This document shows, in pieces, positions 10,956 to 19,577 of a DNA stretch of 64,000 nucleotides (its first letter is position 1; every line of letters starts with the position of its first letter). The DNA is from Rhizomicrobium sp. (lineage in GTDB: Bacteria > Pseudomonadota > Alphaproteobacteria > Micropepsales > Micropepsaceae). A model generated the notes under the pieces. The model was not told the origin of the DNA, made no database searches, and saw only the letters and a program-made list of their open reading frames with translations. A program made the translations under genes and the position numbers. Location of the stretch: contig DASXDS010000007.1 in the NCBI GenBank assembly GCA_036490455.1, positions 855-64,854 of the forward strand. The letters are read 5' to 3'.

Positions 10956-11749
10956 GCACGCGCAGCGCCGAAGACGAGGCCGCAATCGAGGCGACGAAGG
11001 CGCCGCTGCTCGATCACCTGATCGAACTGCGCCGCCGGCTGATCTGGTCGATCGTCGCCTTCGTGCTCTGCTTCGTCATGTGCTTCTTCTTTGCGAAGTA
11101 CATCTATGCGTTCCTCACCCTGCCGCTGGCGCATGCACTCAAGGGGCAGCCGAACGATCATCTGATCTATACCGCGCTCTACGAGACCTTCTTCACCTAT
11201 GTGAAGGTCGGCATGTTCGGCGGCATCTGTCTCGCGTTTCCGGTGATCGCGGCGCAGCTCTGGCTGTTCGTGGCACCGGGTCTCTACAGGAACGAGCGCC
11301 GCGCGTTCCTCCCGTTCCTGCTCGCGACGCCAGTGCTGTTCATCGCGGGCGCGGCATTCGTGCTCTATGTGATGCTGCCGAACGCGATCCACTTCTTCCT
11401 GAGCTACGAGACGCCGTCGACCAATGGCGGACTCGGCATCCAGCTGCAGGCGAAGGTAAGCGAATATCTCGACTTCGTGATGACCTTGATCTTCGCGTTC
11501 GGTCTGACGTTCCAGCTGCCGGTGCTGCTGACCCTTTTGGGCCGGGTCGGGATTCTCACCAGCCAGCAGCTGCGTTCGAGCCGGCGCTACGCCGTGGTCG
11601 GCGTCACCGCACTGGCCGCGATCTTCACCCCGCCGGATGCGCTCAGCATGATCAGCCTCGCGATCCCGCTGGTGCTGCTCTACGAGGTCTCGGTCTGGCT
11701 GGTCTGGCTGATCGAACGCAACCGCGCCAAACAGGATGCGAAGACGTAG
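10952..11749 (+). CDS. tatC: Sec-independent translocase subunit TatC
   Basis: 265-aa, six-TM protein. PLLDHLIELRRRL N-terminal motif. ATGA overlap with tatB. Confidence 0.95.
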   Translation: MSTRSAEDEAAIEATKAPLLDHLIELRRRLIWSIVAFVLCFVMCFFFAKYIYAFLTLPLAHALKGQPNDHLIYTALYETFFTYVKVGMFGGICLAFPVIAAQLWLFVAPGLYRNERRAFLPFLLATPVLFIAGAAFVLYVMLPNAIHFFLSYETPSTNGGLGIQLQAKVSEYLDFVMTLIFAFGLTFQLPVLLTLLGRVGILTSQQLRSSRRYAVVGVTALAAIFTPPDALSMISLAIPLVLLYEVSVWLVWLIERNRAKQDAKT

Positions 11750-11752
11750 GGG

Positions 11753-12100
11753 CTAGTGTTCTGAACGGTTCTTGAGCGCGGGAACGTTCATGTGGTTCAG
11801 GACGCTCAGGATATTTTCAATGACATAGGCCGGTTCGCGCAGGAAATCGCTATTCCAAAAGCGAACGATTTTGTAGCCCTGTTCCTCCAGCCACCGCGTG
11901 CGCGTTTTATCCCGAACGGCATTCTCGTCGAGCGCATGCCGGCCGCCGTCCATTTCGATGATGAGTTTCGCAGAGGCGCAATAGAAATCGACAATGTATG
12001 GCCCGATCGGATGCTGTCTTCTGAACCGCAAGCCGCCCAACCGTTTTCCGCGCAACGCATTCCACATGTAGCGTTCGGCATCGGAGGGATGCAAACGCAT
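11753..12100 (-). CDS. DUF559 (Vsr-like) endonuclease-domain protein
   Basis: 115 aa. LRFRRQHPIGPYIVDFYC...IIEMDGGRH...RTRWLEEQGYKIVRFWN is the DUF559 pattern. Confidence 0.85.
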   Translation of the reverse strand: MRLHPSDAERYMWNALRGKRLGGLRFRRQHPIGPYIVDFYCASAKLIIEMDGGRHALDENAVRDKTRTRWLEEQGYKIVRFWNSDFLREPAYVIENILSVLNHMNVPALKNRSEH

Positions 12101-12202
12101 CTGGCGCGATTTTCCTGCTTGAATACAGCCCGTCTGTTCGGATCGCGAACGTTCTGCACCGCGGGACCCCTCCCCGAAAAATCTCCGCTCACGCTGCGAT
12201 TT

Positions 12203-12275
12203 TTCGACCCTCCCTCAAGGGGAGGGTGGAATATCAGCTTTCAACTTACCACCCTCCCTTGAGGGAGGGTCGAAA
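12203..12275. repeat. inverted pair of the ACCCTCCC/GGGAGGGT hairpin unit, followed by a second palindrome (12271-12293)
   Basis: TTCGACCCTCCCTCAAGGGGAGGGTGG (12203-12229) and CCACCCTCCCTTGAGGGAGGGTCGAA (12249-12275) are reverse complements apart from one base. CGAAATTTGCC-T-GGCAAATTTCG follows. Confidence 0.85.
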
Positions 12276-12376
12276 TTTGCCTGGCAAATTTCGGGGTGGG
12301 GTCTCTCTCAAAACTGGCCGCTTTTCTTCCCCTCCGCCCCGTGTCATTACCGCGGCGTTCGAACAGGTTTGACGCC

Positions 12377-13831
12377 ATGCATGACATCAAGGCCATCCGG
12401 GACAATCCCGAGGCGTTCACCGCTGCTCTCAAGCGCCGTCCGGCCTATGCCAATTCGGCGGAGGCGGCGACGGACGACCTGATCGCGCGCGACAAGGCGG
12501 TGCGCGATCTGCTGACCGATCTTCAGGCGAAGCAGGCGCGGCGCAACGAGGCGTCGAAGCTGATCGGCAAGGCGAAGGCGCAGAAAGACGAGGCGCAGGC
12601 AAGCGAATTGATGGCCGAGGTGGCCGGTCTGAAAGACGCGATCCAGCAGGGCGAACAGCGCGAGCGCGAACTGCAGGACGAGATGCGCAATGCGCTGGCG
12701 GTGATCCCGAACCTGCCGGCCGCCGATGTGCCGGACGGCGCGGAAGAGACGGACAACGTGCCGGTGCCCGAGCGCGCCTTCGGCCAGAAACCCACCATGA
12801 ACAGCGCGCGCGAACATTTCGAGCTCGGCGAAGCGCTGAAGATGATGGATTTCGAACGCGCCGCCAAAGTCTCCGGCGCGCGCTTCGTCTATCTCAAGAG
12901 CGGGCTTGCGAGGCTCAGCCGTGCGCTGGCGAGCTTCATGCTCGACACCCACACGGAGCAGTTCGGCTATACCGAGGTGAATCCGCCATTGCTGGCGCGC
13001 AACGCCGCGTTCTTCGGCACCGGGCAGCTTCCGAAATTCGAAGAAGAGCTGTTCTTCACCGATCCGGTGACGCAACAGGCACTGGCGACCTCGCTCGTGG
13101 ACACGATGAACGAGCTGCTCGCGCCCGGCGGCCCGAGGGTCACCGCCAGCGAGATCGCAACCGACGATGAAAACTCGGCGGAGCTGGTGGCGCGGCGCAG
13201 GATCGATTCGTGGCGGGTGCAGAACCGGTTCGGCCTGATCCCGACCGCCGAGGTGTCGCTGACCAATTATGTGGCGGAGGAAATTCTCGACGAGGCCGAG
13301 CTTCCGATCCGCTTCACCGCCTACACGCCCTGTTTCCGCTCGGAGGCTGGGGCGGCGGGCAAGGACACGCGCGGCATGATCCGGATGCATCAGTTCGACA
13401 AGGTGGAGCTTGTTTCGATCACCGCGCCGGAGCAGTCCGATGCCGAGCACGAGCGGATGACCGACGCGGCGCAAAACATCCTGAAGAAACTCGACCTGCA
13501 TCACCGCGTCGTCACGCTGTGCACCGGCGACATGGGGTTCAGCGCGCGCAGGACCTACGACATCGAGGTCTGGCTGCCGGGGCAGGGCCGCTTCCGCGAG
13601 ATCTCGTCCTGCTCCAACTGCGGCGACTTCCAGGCGCGGCGCATGAACGCGCGGCTGCGCGGCAAGGACGGCAAGGTGAAAGGCCCGGTGCACACGCTGA
13701 ACGGCTCCGGCCTCGCCATCGGCCGCACGCTGATCGCGATCATGGAAAACTACCAGCAGCCCGACGGCAGCATCGCGATCCCGGATGCGTTGCAGTCCTA
13801 CATGGGCGGCCAGAAGAAGATCGGCGGGTAA
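12377..13831 (+). CDS. serS: serine--tRNA ligase
   Basis: [14 protein letters not shown] start within track ORF 12296..13831. Has [23 protein letters not shown] and class II motifs ([16 protein letters not shown]). Confidence 0.95.
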   Translation: MHDIKAIRDNPEAFTAALKRRPAYANSAEAATDDLIARDKAVRDLLTDLQAKQARRNEASKLIGKAKAQKDEAQASELMAEVAGLKDAIQQGEQRERELQDEMRNALAVIPNLPAADVPDGAEETDNVPVPERAFGQKPTMNSAREHFELGEALKMMDFERAAKVSGARFVYLKSGLARLSRALASFMLDTHTEQFGYTEVNPPLLARNAAFFGTGQLPKFEEELFFTDPVTQQALATSLVDTMNELLAPGGPRVTASEIATDDENSAELVARRRIDSWRVQNRFGLIPTAEVSLTNYVAEEILDEAELPIRFTAYTPCFRSEAGAAGKDTRGMIRMHQFDKVELVSITAPEQSDAEHERMTDAAQNILKKLDLHHRVVTLCTGDMGFSARRTYDIEVWLPGQGRFREISSCSNCGDFQARRMNARLRGKDGKVKGPVHTLNGSGLAIGRTLIAIMENYQQPDGSIAIPDALQSYMGGQKKIGG

Positions 13832-14018
13832 AATTCCGGTCCGTTCAGTTCGGGATGGAAATGCTCTCCATTATGCAGCAGACGCACCTAAGCAATGAGC
13901 ACTATGACGTCACATAGAATGCTCAGGGCCACGATAAATATCCCGGCTCCAATTGCGCCCCAATTCGCCTACCGTGGTCATACCAAACTGCCCGATGGCG
14001 GGTGCATGACGCTGGCGA

Positions 14019-14369
14019 TTAAAGCCGGCGACGACAGACGCCTTCCGCATTGGATGCCAGTGGATGGCCTTCGGAAGGATTTATCCGGCAGCCTTGCGTA
14101 ACAGGGCGCGCGTCGGAATCTTCGCGGCTTTCCTTAAGATAAGTGAGCCCTGTCATCACGATACATGCAAGAAGCAGGACTGAGGCAACTCCTATATTCT
14201 GCCAATAGAGGTTCGGGTCTTTTTCCCGCTTGACGACCCGAGAAGGTGAGAACCGGCCACCGATCCGTGTTTTTCCCGATCGCAGGCCAGAAATAATCAA
14301 CCAACTGAAACCCAGAATCCCGATCAGAAACGGGAACGGTGCCAGGTAAAACGCAACTGTAGGGCTCAC
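14019..14369 (-). CDS. hypothetical small membrane protein in an AT-richer islet
   Basis: ORF only. Two predicted TM helices in the first ~75 aa. No recognisable family, and the 3' portion is doubtful. Confidence 0.3.
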   Translation of the reverse strand: MSPTVAFYLAPFPFLIGILGFSWLIISGLRSGKTRIGGRFSPSRVVKREKDPNLYWQNIGVASVLLLACIVMTGLTYLKESREDSDARPVTQGCRINPSEGHPLASNAEGVCRRRL

Positions 14370-14537
14370 GGCGTAACCCTGAAGATTGGCGATTCATCTT
14401 AGCTGGCGGGACGTTAACGGTTCAGTCGCGGCCCCTTGTCCTAAGGACCTGTGCGTCAACGGTGTAGTTCCGAAGTAATATCGCATGCATAGCATGCTGG
14501 CCAATTGATACCGAGATGCGGGGAGAACTTCAGCGTC

Positions 14538-15056
14538 TCAATATCCGAACGTCGCCGAGCGGCAGCGGGGTTCGTCGATGCCCATCGCTTTCAGCTCGAT
14601 GCAAGCGGCTTCGGCGAGCGAGGTGTTGCCGTCGGGCGCTTCGTCGAGCCGGTCCGGGAACGCGTCCTTCCCGTTCAGCAATGTCATCTCGTAATATTTG
14701 GCGGCGAGATCGCGGTCGCCGGTCCGCTTGTAGGCATAGGCCAGATTGAATTCGATATAGGGATTGTTGGGGTAGACCCGGTTCTCGCTCTCGAAGGTCG
14801 CGAGCGCGCCCGGCCGGTCGCCCAGATCGAGCTTGTTGAGACCCGGCGTTCCGGGAAGCTGGCCGGTTTCCGACGGTGCGATATCGTGGAACACGCCCTT
14901 GTCGAACACGCCGTTCACGAAGGGATGCTCGTCGACCAGTTCGTGGTCCGTCATCGCTTGGTCGATGGTGTCGCAGCCGGAAACGGCAAGACCGGCTGCC
15001 AGAAGCGTGGCCGCCACAACAGCCGTTCGTTTCCTGCCCGATTTCATCGCCCGCAT
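14538..15056 (-). CDS. lipoprotein with a TPR-like repeat
   Basis: Lipobox LAVSGC after a signal peptide. NLAYAYKRTGDRDLAAKYYEMTL is TPR-like. Confidence 0.65.
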   Translation of the reverse strand: MRAMKSGRKRTAVVAATLLAAGLAVSGCDTIDQAMTDHELVDEHPFVNGVFDKGVFHDIAPSETGQLPGTPGLNKLDLGDRPGALATFESENRVYPNNPYIEFNLAYAYKRTGDRDLAAKYYEMTLLNGKDAFPDRLDEAPDGNTSLAEAACIELKAMGIDEPRCRSATFGY

Positions 15057-15197
15057 TCCTCGCCCTCGCTAACGGGCGGACAATACAGTGGGATTCGTTA
15101 GCGGACCATGGGCGCATTTTCGCGGGAGACATCGCCGCCGCGACCCTTTACTGACAGGCGGGAACCCCGCCCCATCTGCCCTCTGGAGACATTTTCT

Positions 15198-15977
15198 TTG
15201 CGCATCCTGGTCACCAATGACGACGGCATCCACGCCCCCGGCCTCGCGGTCGCGGAAAGCATCGCCCGCGCGCTCAGCGACGATGTCTGGGTGGTCGCGC
15301 CCGAGACGGAACAGTCCGGCGCGTCGCACTCGCTCACCCTGACGATGCCGTTGCGCCTGCGCGAGATCGAGGCGAAGCGGTTTGCGCTGACCGGCACGCC
15401 GACCGATTGCGTGATGATGGGCGCGGCCGAGATCATGAAAGACAGTCCGCCCACCCTGATCCTCTCCGGCGTCAACCGCGGCTCGAATCTCGCCGACGAC
15501 GTCACCTACTCCGGCACCATCGCTGGCGCGATGGAAGGCTGCGCGCTGGGCATCCCGTCGATCGCACTGTCGCAATCCTATGGCTGGACCGAGCGCGCGC
15601 AGGTGAGCTGGGCGGCGGCGGAGGATTACGGTGCCCCGCTGGTGCGCCGTCTCGTGGAGGCCGGCTGGCCCGATGGCGTGCTGATGAACATCAATTTTCC
15701 CGACACCGAACTCGGGCCGGTGCAGGGCATCGAGATCACGGCGCAGGGCAAGCGCGACATGCAGACCGCAGCACTCGACCGCCGCGTCGATGCGCGCGGC
15801 AATCCCTATTACTGGATCGGCTTCAAGCGGGTGAAGAGCGAACCGGTCGCCGGCACCGACCTGCACGCGATCTACAATCGCCGCATCTCGGTCACGCCGC
15901 TGCACATGAATCTCACCGAGCAGCGCGTGGTCGAAAGCCTGCGCAAGACCGTCGACATCGCATCGCTGGTGACATGA
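15198..15977 (+). CDS. surE: 5'/3'-nucleotidase SurE
   Basis: TTG at 15198 within track ORF 15108..15977. RILVTNDDGIHAPGL...SGASHSLT...GTPTDCV. Confidence 0.9.
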   Translation: MRILVTNDDGIHAPGLAVAESIARALSDDVWVVAPETEQSGASHSLTLTMPLRLREIEAKRFALTGTPTDCVMMGAAEIMKDSPPTLILSGVNRGSNLADDVTYSGTIAGAMEGCALGIPSIALSQSYGWTERAQVSWAAAEDYGAPLVRRLVEAGWPDGVLMNINFPDTELGPVQGIEITAQGKRDMQTAALDRRVDARGNPYYWIGFKRVKSEPVAGTDLHAIYNRRISVTPLHMNLTEQRVVESLRKTVDIASLVT

Positions 15978-16660
15978 CGCACGATCCGCGCATCGTCCAA
16001 TTGCTGATGGACCTGCGCCGCCAGGGGATCGGCGATCTGCGCGTGCTGTCCACGATCGAGCGCACGCCGCGCGAAGTGTTCGTCGACAAATCGTTCGATT
16101 ATGCGGCGTACAACAACACCGCGCTGCCGATCGCCTGCGGCCAGACGATCAGCCAGCCTTATGTCGTGGCCTATATGACCCAGGTGCTGGATGTGCCGAA
16201 AGACGGGCGCGTGCTCGAACTCGGCACCGGTTCCGGCTACCAGGCGGCCGTGCTCGCGCAGCTTTGCCGCCGCGTCTACACCATCGAACGGCATCGTCCG
16301 CTGATGCGCGAGGCGCGCGTGCGCTTCGAACAGTTGAAGTTGCACAACATCGTCACCAAGCATGGCGACGGACTGAAAGGCTGGCCGGAGCAGGCGCCGT
16401 TCGATCGCATTTTGTGTTCCGCCGCGATGGACGAAGTTCCGCAAATCCTTATCGACCAGTTAAAGGCCGGCGGAATCCTCGTCGCGCCAATCGGAATTGC
16501 CCCAAAATCGGACGAACCGGAAAGCTTTTCTCAACAATTAACCAAGATCATGAAAACCGAAGACGGAGTGAAACGCGAAGCGCTGATCCCCGTCCTGTTC
16601 GTCCCGATGTTGCCGGGACTGCCGCAGGAAAATTCCGATGTGCGAAGGCAGGGCGATTGA
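15974..16660 (+). CDS. pcm: protein-L-isoaspartate O-methyltransferase
   Basis: ATG at 15974 overlaps the surE stop. QTISQPYVVAYM...VLELGTGSGYQAAVLA. Confidence 0.9.
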   Translation: MTHDPRIVQLLMDLRRQGIGDLRVLSTIERTPREVFVDKSFDYAAYNNTALPIACGQTISQPYVVAYMTQVLDVPKDGRVLELGTGSGYQAAVLAQLCRRVYTIERHRPLMREARVRFEQLKLHNIVTKHGDGLKGWPEQAPFDRILCSAAMDEVPQILIDQLKAGGILVAPIGIAPKSDEPESFSQQLTKIMKTEDGVKREALIPVLFVPMLPGLPQENSDVRRQGD

Positions 16661-17915
16661 CTGGAAGCGCGGGGCCACCGTGCTCGCGATGCTTTTGCCG
16701 CTTCTGCTTTCCGCCTGCATCGATCCGAACGATCGCAAGACACAGCTCGACTGGGGCACCGGTTGGGATGGGCCTGCGGAAGCGCATCCGGTCGCGACCT
16801 ATTACACCGTGCATGTCCGTCCCGGCGATACGCTGGCGCAGCTTTCCGATCGCTACGACGTGTCGGCAGAGTCTGTTGCGCGTCTGAACGGAATCGATCG
16901 GCACGCCGCGATCCATTCCGGCGAGACGCTGCGCATCCCGGCCGGTGCGCGCGCCACGCGCGACGCCGTCTATGCCGATGCGTTGGCGACGCCGTCGCAC
17001 AGCAACCCTTATATCCCCGCGCCGCCGCCACGCCGCGGCGGTTATCCGCATGACGGTGTTGCGGTCGCGACGTTGGCGCCGCTGAAAGGCGCTCCGGTTT
17101 CGGCCGGCCCGATCACGCCCATCGGCGGCTATGGCGATTTCGACACCGCTCCGGTTGTCGCGTCGAAAGCGCCTTCGCACAAGATCGTGCCCGGCGCTGC
17201 CGATGACGAGGCGGATACCGCACCAGCTCCAACGCACACGCCGGCGCCGCATAAGAAACCCGACGGCGACGCGAGCGCGACGCAAGTTGTGGCTTCGGCA
17301 ACGTCCGCAACACCGCACAAGCCGGCAAGCGACACATCCGATCCGCAGATCGCATCTGCCAAACATCGCAATGCGGCAAAGGACGACACGGTCGTCGCCA
17401 GCAACACGCATCCTCACGGTATGCCCGCGTGGTATTCGCCGGCACAGCCGCTCGCATCTTCCGATGCGGAGCCCGTCTCGCAATCGCAGGCCCAGACACC
17501 GTCCGTGCAACAGCAGCAGCGCGTTCCCGGTTCGGGGCGCTTCGTGTGGCCGGTCTCCGGCCGTGTGATCGCGACGTTCGGTTCGTCTGCGAATGGCGAG
17601 CGCAACGACGGCATCAACATCGCCGCCAAAGCCGGCGAACCGATCCGCGCCGCCGCGAGCGGCACGGTGACCTATGCCGGCAATCAGCTGCGCAGTTACG
17701 GCAACCTGTTGCTGATCAAGCATGACGACGGCTATGTGACGGCTTACGCCCACGCCGAGACCATTTTGGTGCAGAAGGGCGATCATGTGCTCAAGGGGCA
17801 GGTGATCGGATCGGTCGGCCAGACCGGTGACGTCACCCAGCCGCAACTGCACTTCGAAATCCGCAACGGCGTACAGCCCGTCAACCCGCTGGCCCTGCTC
17901 GTCGCGTCGCGTTAA
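16638..17915 (+). CDS. nlpD: LysM-domain M23 metallopeptidase lipoprotein (NlpD-like)
   Basis: Lipobox LLLSAC. LysM segment (YTVHVRPGDTLAQLSDRYDVS). C-terminal M23 domain (GINIAAKAGEPIRAAASGTVTYAG...HFEIRNG). Classic surE-pcm-nlpD order. Confidence 0.85.
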   Translation: MCEGRAIDWKRGATVLAMLLPLLLSACIDPNDRKTQLDWGTGWDGPAEAHPVATYYTVHVRPGDTLAQLSDRYDVSAESVARLNGIDRHAAIHSGETLRIPAGARATRDAVYADALATPSHSNPYIPAPPPRRGGYPHDGVAVATLAPLKGAPVSAGPITPIGGYGDFDTAPVVASKAPSHKIVPGAADDEADTAPAPTHTPAPHKKPDGDASATQVVASATSATPHKPASDTSDPQIASAKHRNAAKDDTVVASNTHPHGMPAWYSPAQPLASSDAEPVSQSQAQTPSVQQQQRVPGSGRFVWPVSGRVIATFGSSANGERNDGINIAAKAGEPIRAAASGTVTYAGNQLRSYGNLLLIKHDDGYVTAYAHAETILVQKGDHVLKGQVIGSVGQTGDVTQPQLHFEIRNGVQPVNPLALLVASR

Positions 17916-17934
17916 AGCGCGGTTTCCAAAATCC

Positions 17935-18056
17935 GTCGTCATGGCCGGGCTGTGCGCAACGAAGCTCCTGGCCATCCATTGTCTCGATGTCGGCAGTGAG
18001 GCACTCGCGCAACCACGGAGGTTATGGATGGCCGGGACAAAGCCCGGCCATGACGG
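17935..18056. repeat. ~122-bp palindromic MITE/REP-like element, copy 1
   Basis: 15-bp perfect termini CGTCATGGCCGGGCT ... AGCCCGGCCATGACG, plus an internal GGCCATCCAT ... ATGGATGGCC pair. Confidence 0.85.
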
Positions 18057-18105
18057 TTTTTTTGTTTTGAGGAAGACGCATTACTACTTTCATTCTCCCA
18101 CCAAT

Positions 18106-18252
18106 GTCGTCATGGCCGGGCTGAGCGCAGCGAAGCTCCCGGCCATCCATTGTCTCTCTGTTGGCGATGAGGCTGGTTGTGCAGATACGGAGGTTATGGA
18201 TGGCCGGGACGAACGCCCGGCCATGACGGCTTTCTCTTTGAGAAAGAAACAC
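18106..18252. repeat. ~122-bp palindromic MITE/REP-like element, copy 2, plus a TTTCTC/GAGAAA tail hairpin
   Basis: Aligns by eye with copy 1 and with the copy at 43373. Shares its tail with the 43373 copy. Confidence 0.85.
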
Positions 18253-18276
18253 GAAGGCGTCTAACGCGTGATAAGG

Positions 18277-19158
18277 TTAAATCTTCTTCCCCAACTCGCC
18301 CGCAAGGTCCTGGATGAATTGCCAGGCGACGCGGCCTGAGCGGCCGCCGCGGCCGGTTGCCCAGGCGAGTGCGCGGCGATGGCGCTCGTCCGTCTCGAGC
18401 GGCAATGCGAAATGCTTCGCATAGGCGTCGATCATCGCGAGATAGTCGTCCTGGCCGCAATTGTGGAAGCCGAGCCACAGTCCGAAACGATCGGACAGCG
18501 AGACCTTTTCCTCCACCGCTTCGGACGGATTGATCGCGGTCGAGCGCTCGTTTTCCATCATGTCGCGCGGCATCAGATGGCGCCGGTTGGAGGTGGCGTA
18601 GAACAGCACATTCTCCGGCCGTCCCTCGATGCCGCCTTCCAGCGCGGCTTTGAGCGACTTGTAGCTTGTGTCGTCGCGATCGAACGAAAGGTCGTCGCAA
18701 TAAAGCAGAAAACGCCGCGGATCGGTGCGCAGGATGCGCAACAGGTGCGGCAGGGTTGCGATCTCCTCGCGATGGATTTCGATGAGCACGAGACGCGCCC
18801 CGGGTTTGCGTCCTTCGTTCACCGCGGCATGCGACGCCTTCACGAGCGAGCTTTTGCCCATGCCACGCGCACCCCAGAGGAGCGCATTGTTGGCCGGCAG
18901 CCCGTCGGCAAAGCGCCGGGTGTTTTCCAGCAAGGTATCGCGCGCCGCGTCGATCCCCTGCAGCAAGGTGAGCGGCATCGCCGACACGCGCGCGACCGGC
19001 ATCAGGCCACCGGCGGCGGGCTCCCACACGAAGGCGTCGCCGGACGCCGGCACCGCTGCCATCATCGCCTGAGGGGCAAGCCTGTCCAGCGCCGCAGCGA
19101 TCCGTGTCAGTAGCGCGTCGTCAGGCCGGTTTTTGCCGTTTTTGCGTTGCGCCGCCAC
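18277..19158 (-). CDS. DUF815-type AAA/P-loop ATPase
   Basis: 293 aa. Walker A LLWGARGMGKSSLVKA. Conserved neighbour of yajC-secD in alphaproteobacteria, from memory. Confidence 0.75.
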   Translation of the reverse strand: MAAQRKNGKNRPDDALLTRIAAALDRLAPQAMMAAVPASGDAFVWEPAAGGLMPVARVSAMPLTLLQGIDAARDTLLENTRRFADGLPANNALLWGARGMGKSSLVKASHAAVNEGRKPGARLVLIEIHREEIATLPHLLRILRTDPRRFLLYCDDLSFDRDDTSYKSLKAALEGGIEGRPENVLFYATSNRRHLMPRDMMENERSTAINPSEAVEEKVSLSDRFGLWLGFHNCGQDDYLAMIDAYAKHFALPLETDERHRRALAWATGRGGRSGRVAWQFIQDLAGELGKKI

Positions 19159-19266
19159 GGTTTAGTCCCCATATCCCGCCCGGTTGCAATGGAGTTGCCC
19201 GTGGCTATAGTCCGCGCCAACCGCGTTCGCTTTATCTCCAATTAGCAAGGAATATTCAGACCGCCA

Positions 19267-19566
19267 ATGGACACAAACCTTCTGGTGCAGATCACGCCGT
19301 TCGTTGCGATCTTCGCCATCATGTATTTCCTGCTTATCCGTCCGCAGCAGCAGCGGTTGAAGGATCACCGCGCGATGGTCGCGAACGTCAAGCGCGGCGA
19401 TACGGTGATCACGGCGGGTGGCCATATCGCCACGGTGTCCAAGCCGGTCAAACCCGACGACGAGCACGTCACGGTCGAGATCGCCGACGGCGTGCACACC
19501 AAGGTCCTCAAAAGCACGCTCACCGAAGTGCGCGCCAAAGGTCAGTCCACGGACAGCAAGGAATAG
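19267..19566 (+). CDS. yajC: preprotein translocase subunit YajC
   Basis: 99 aa. FVAIFAIMYFLLIRPQQQRLKDHRAMVANVKRGDTVITAGG. Confidence 0.9.
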   Translation: MDTNLLVQITPFVAIFAIMYFLLIRPQQQRLKDHRAMVANVKRGDTVITAGGHIATVSKPVKPDDEHVTVEIADGVHTKVLKSTLTEVRAKGQSTDSKE

Positions 19567-19577
19567 AGCGGTAACGG

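Noticed and set aside
17827-18264. ORFs 17827..18264 (+), 18022..18252 (-) and 43336..43518 (-) encoding ...VMAGLSAAKLPAIHCL...MDGRD.. peptides.
   Set aside because: They are read entirely through the palindromic ~122-bp repeats, so they are translation artefacts of a repeat family.
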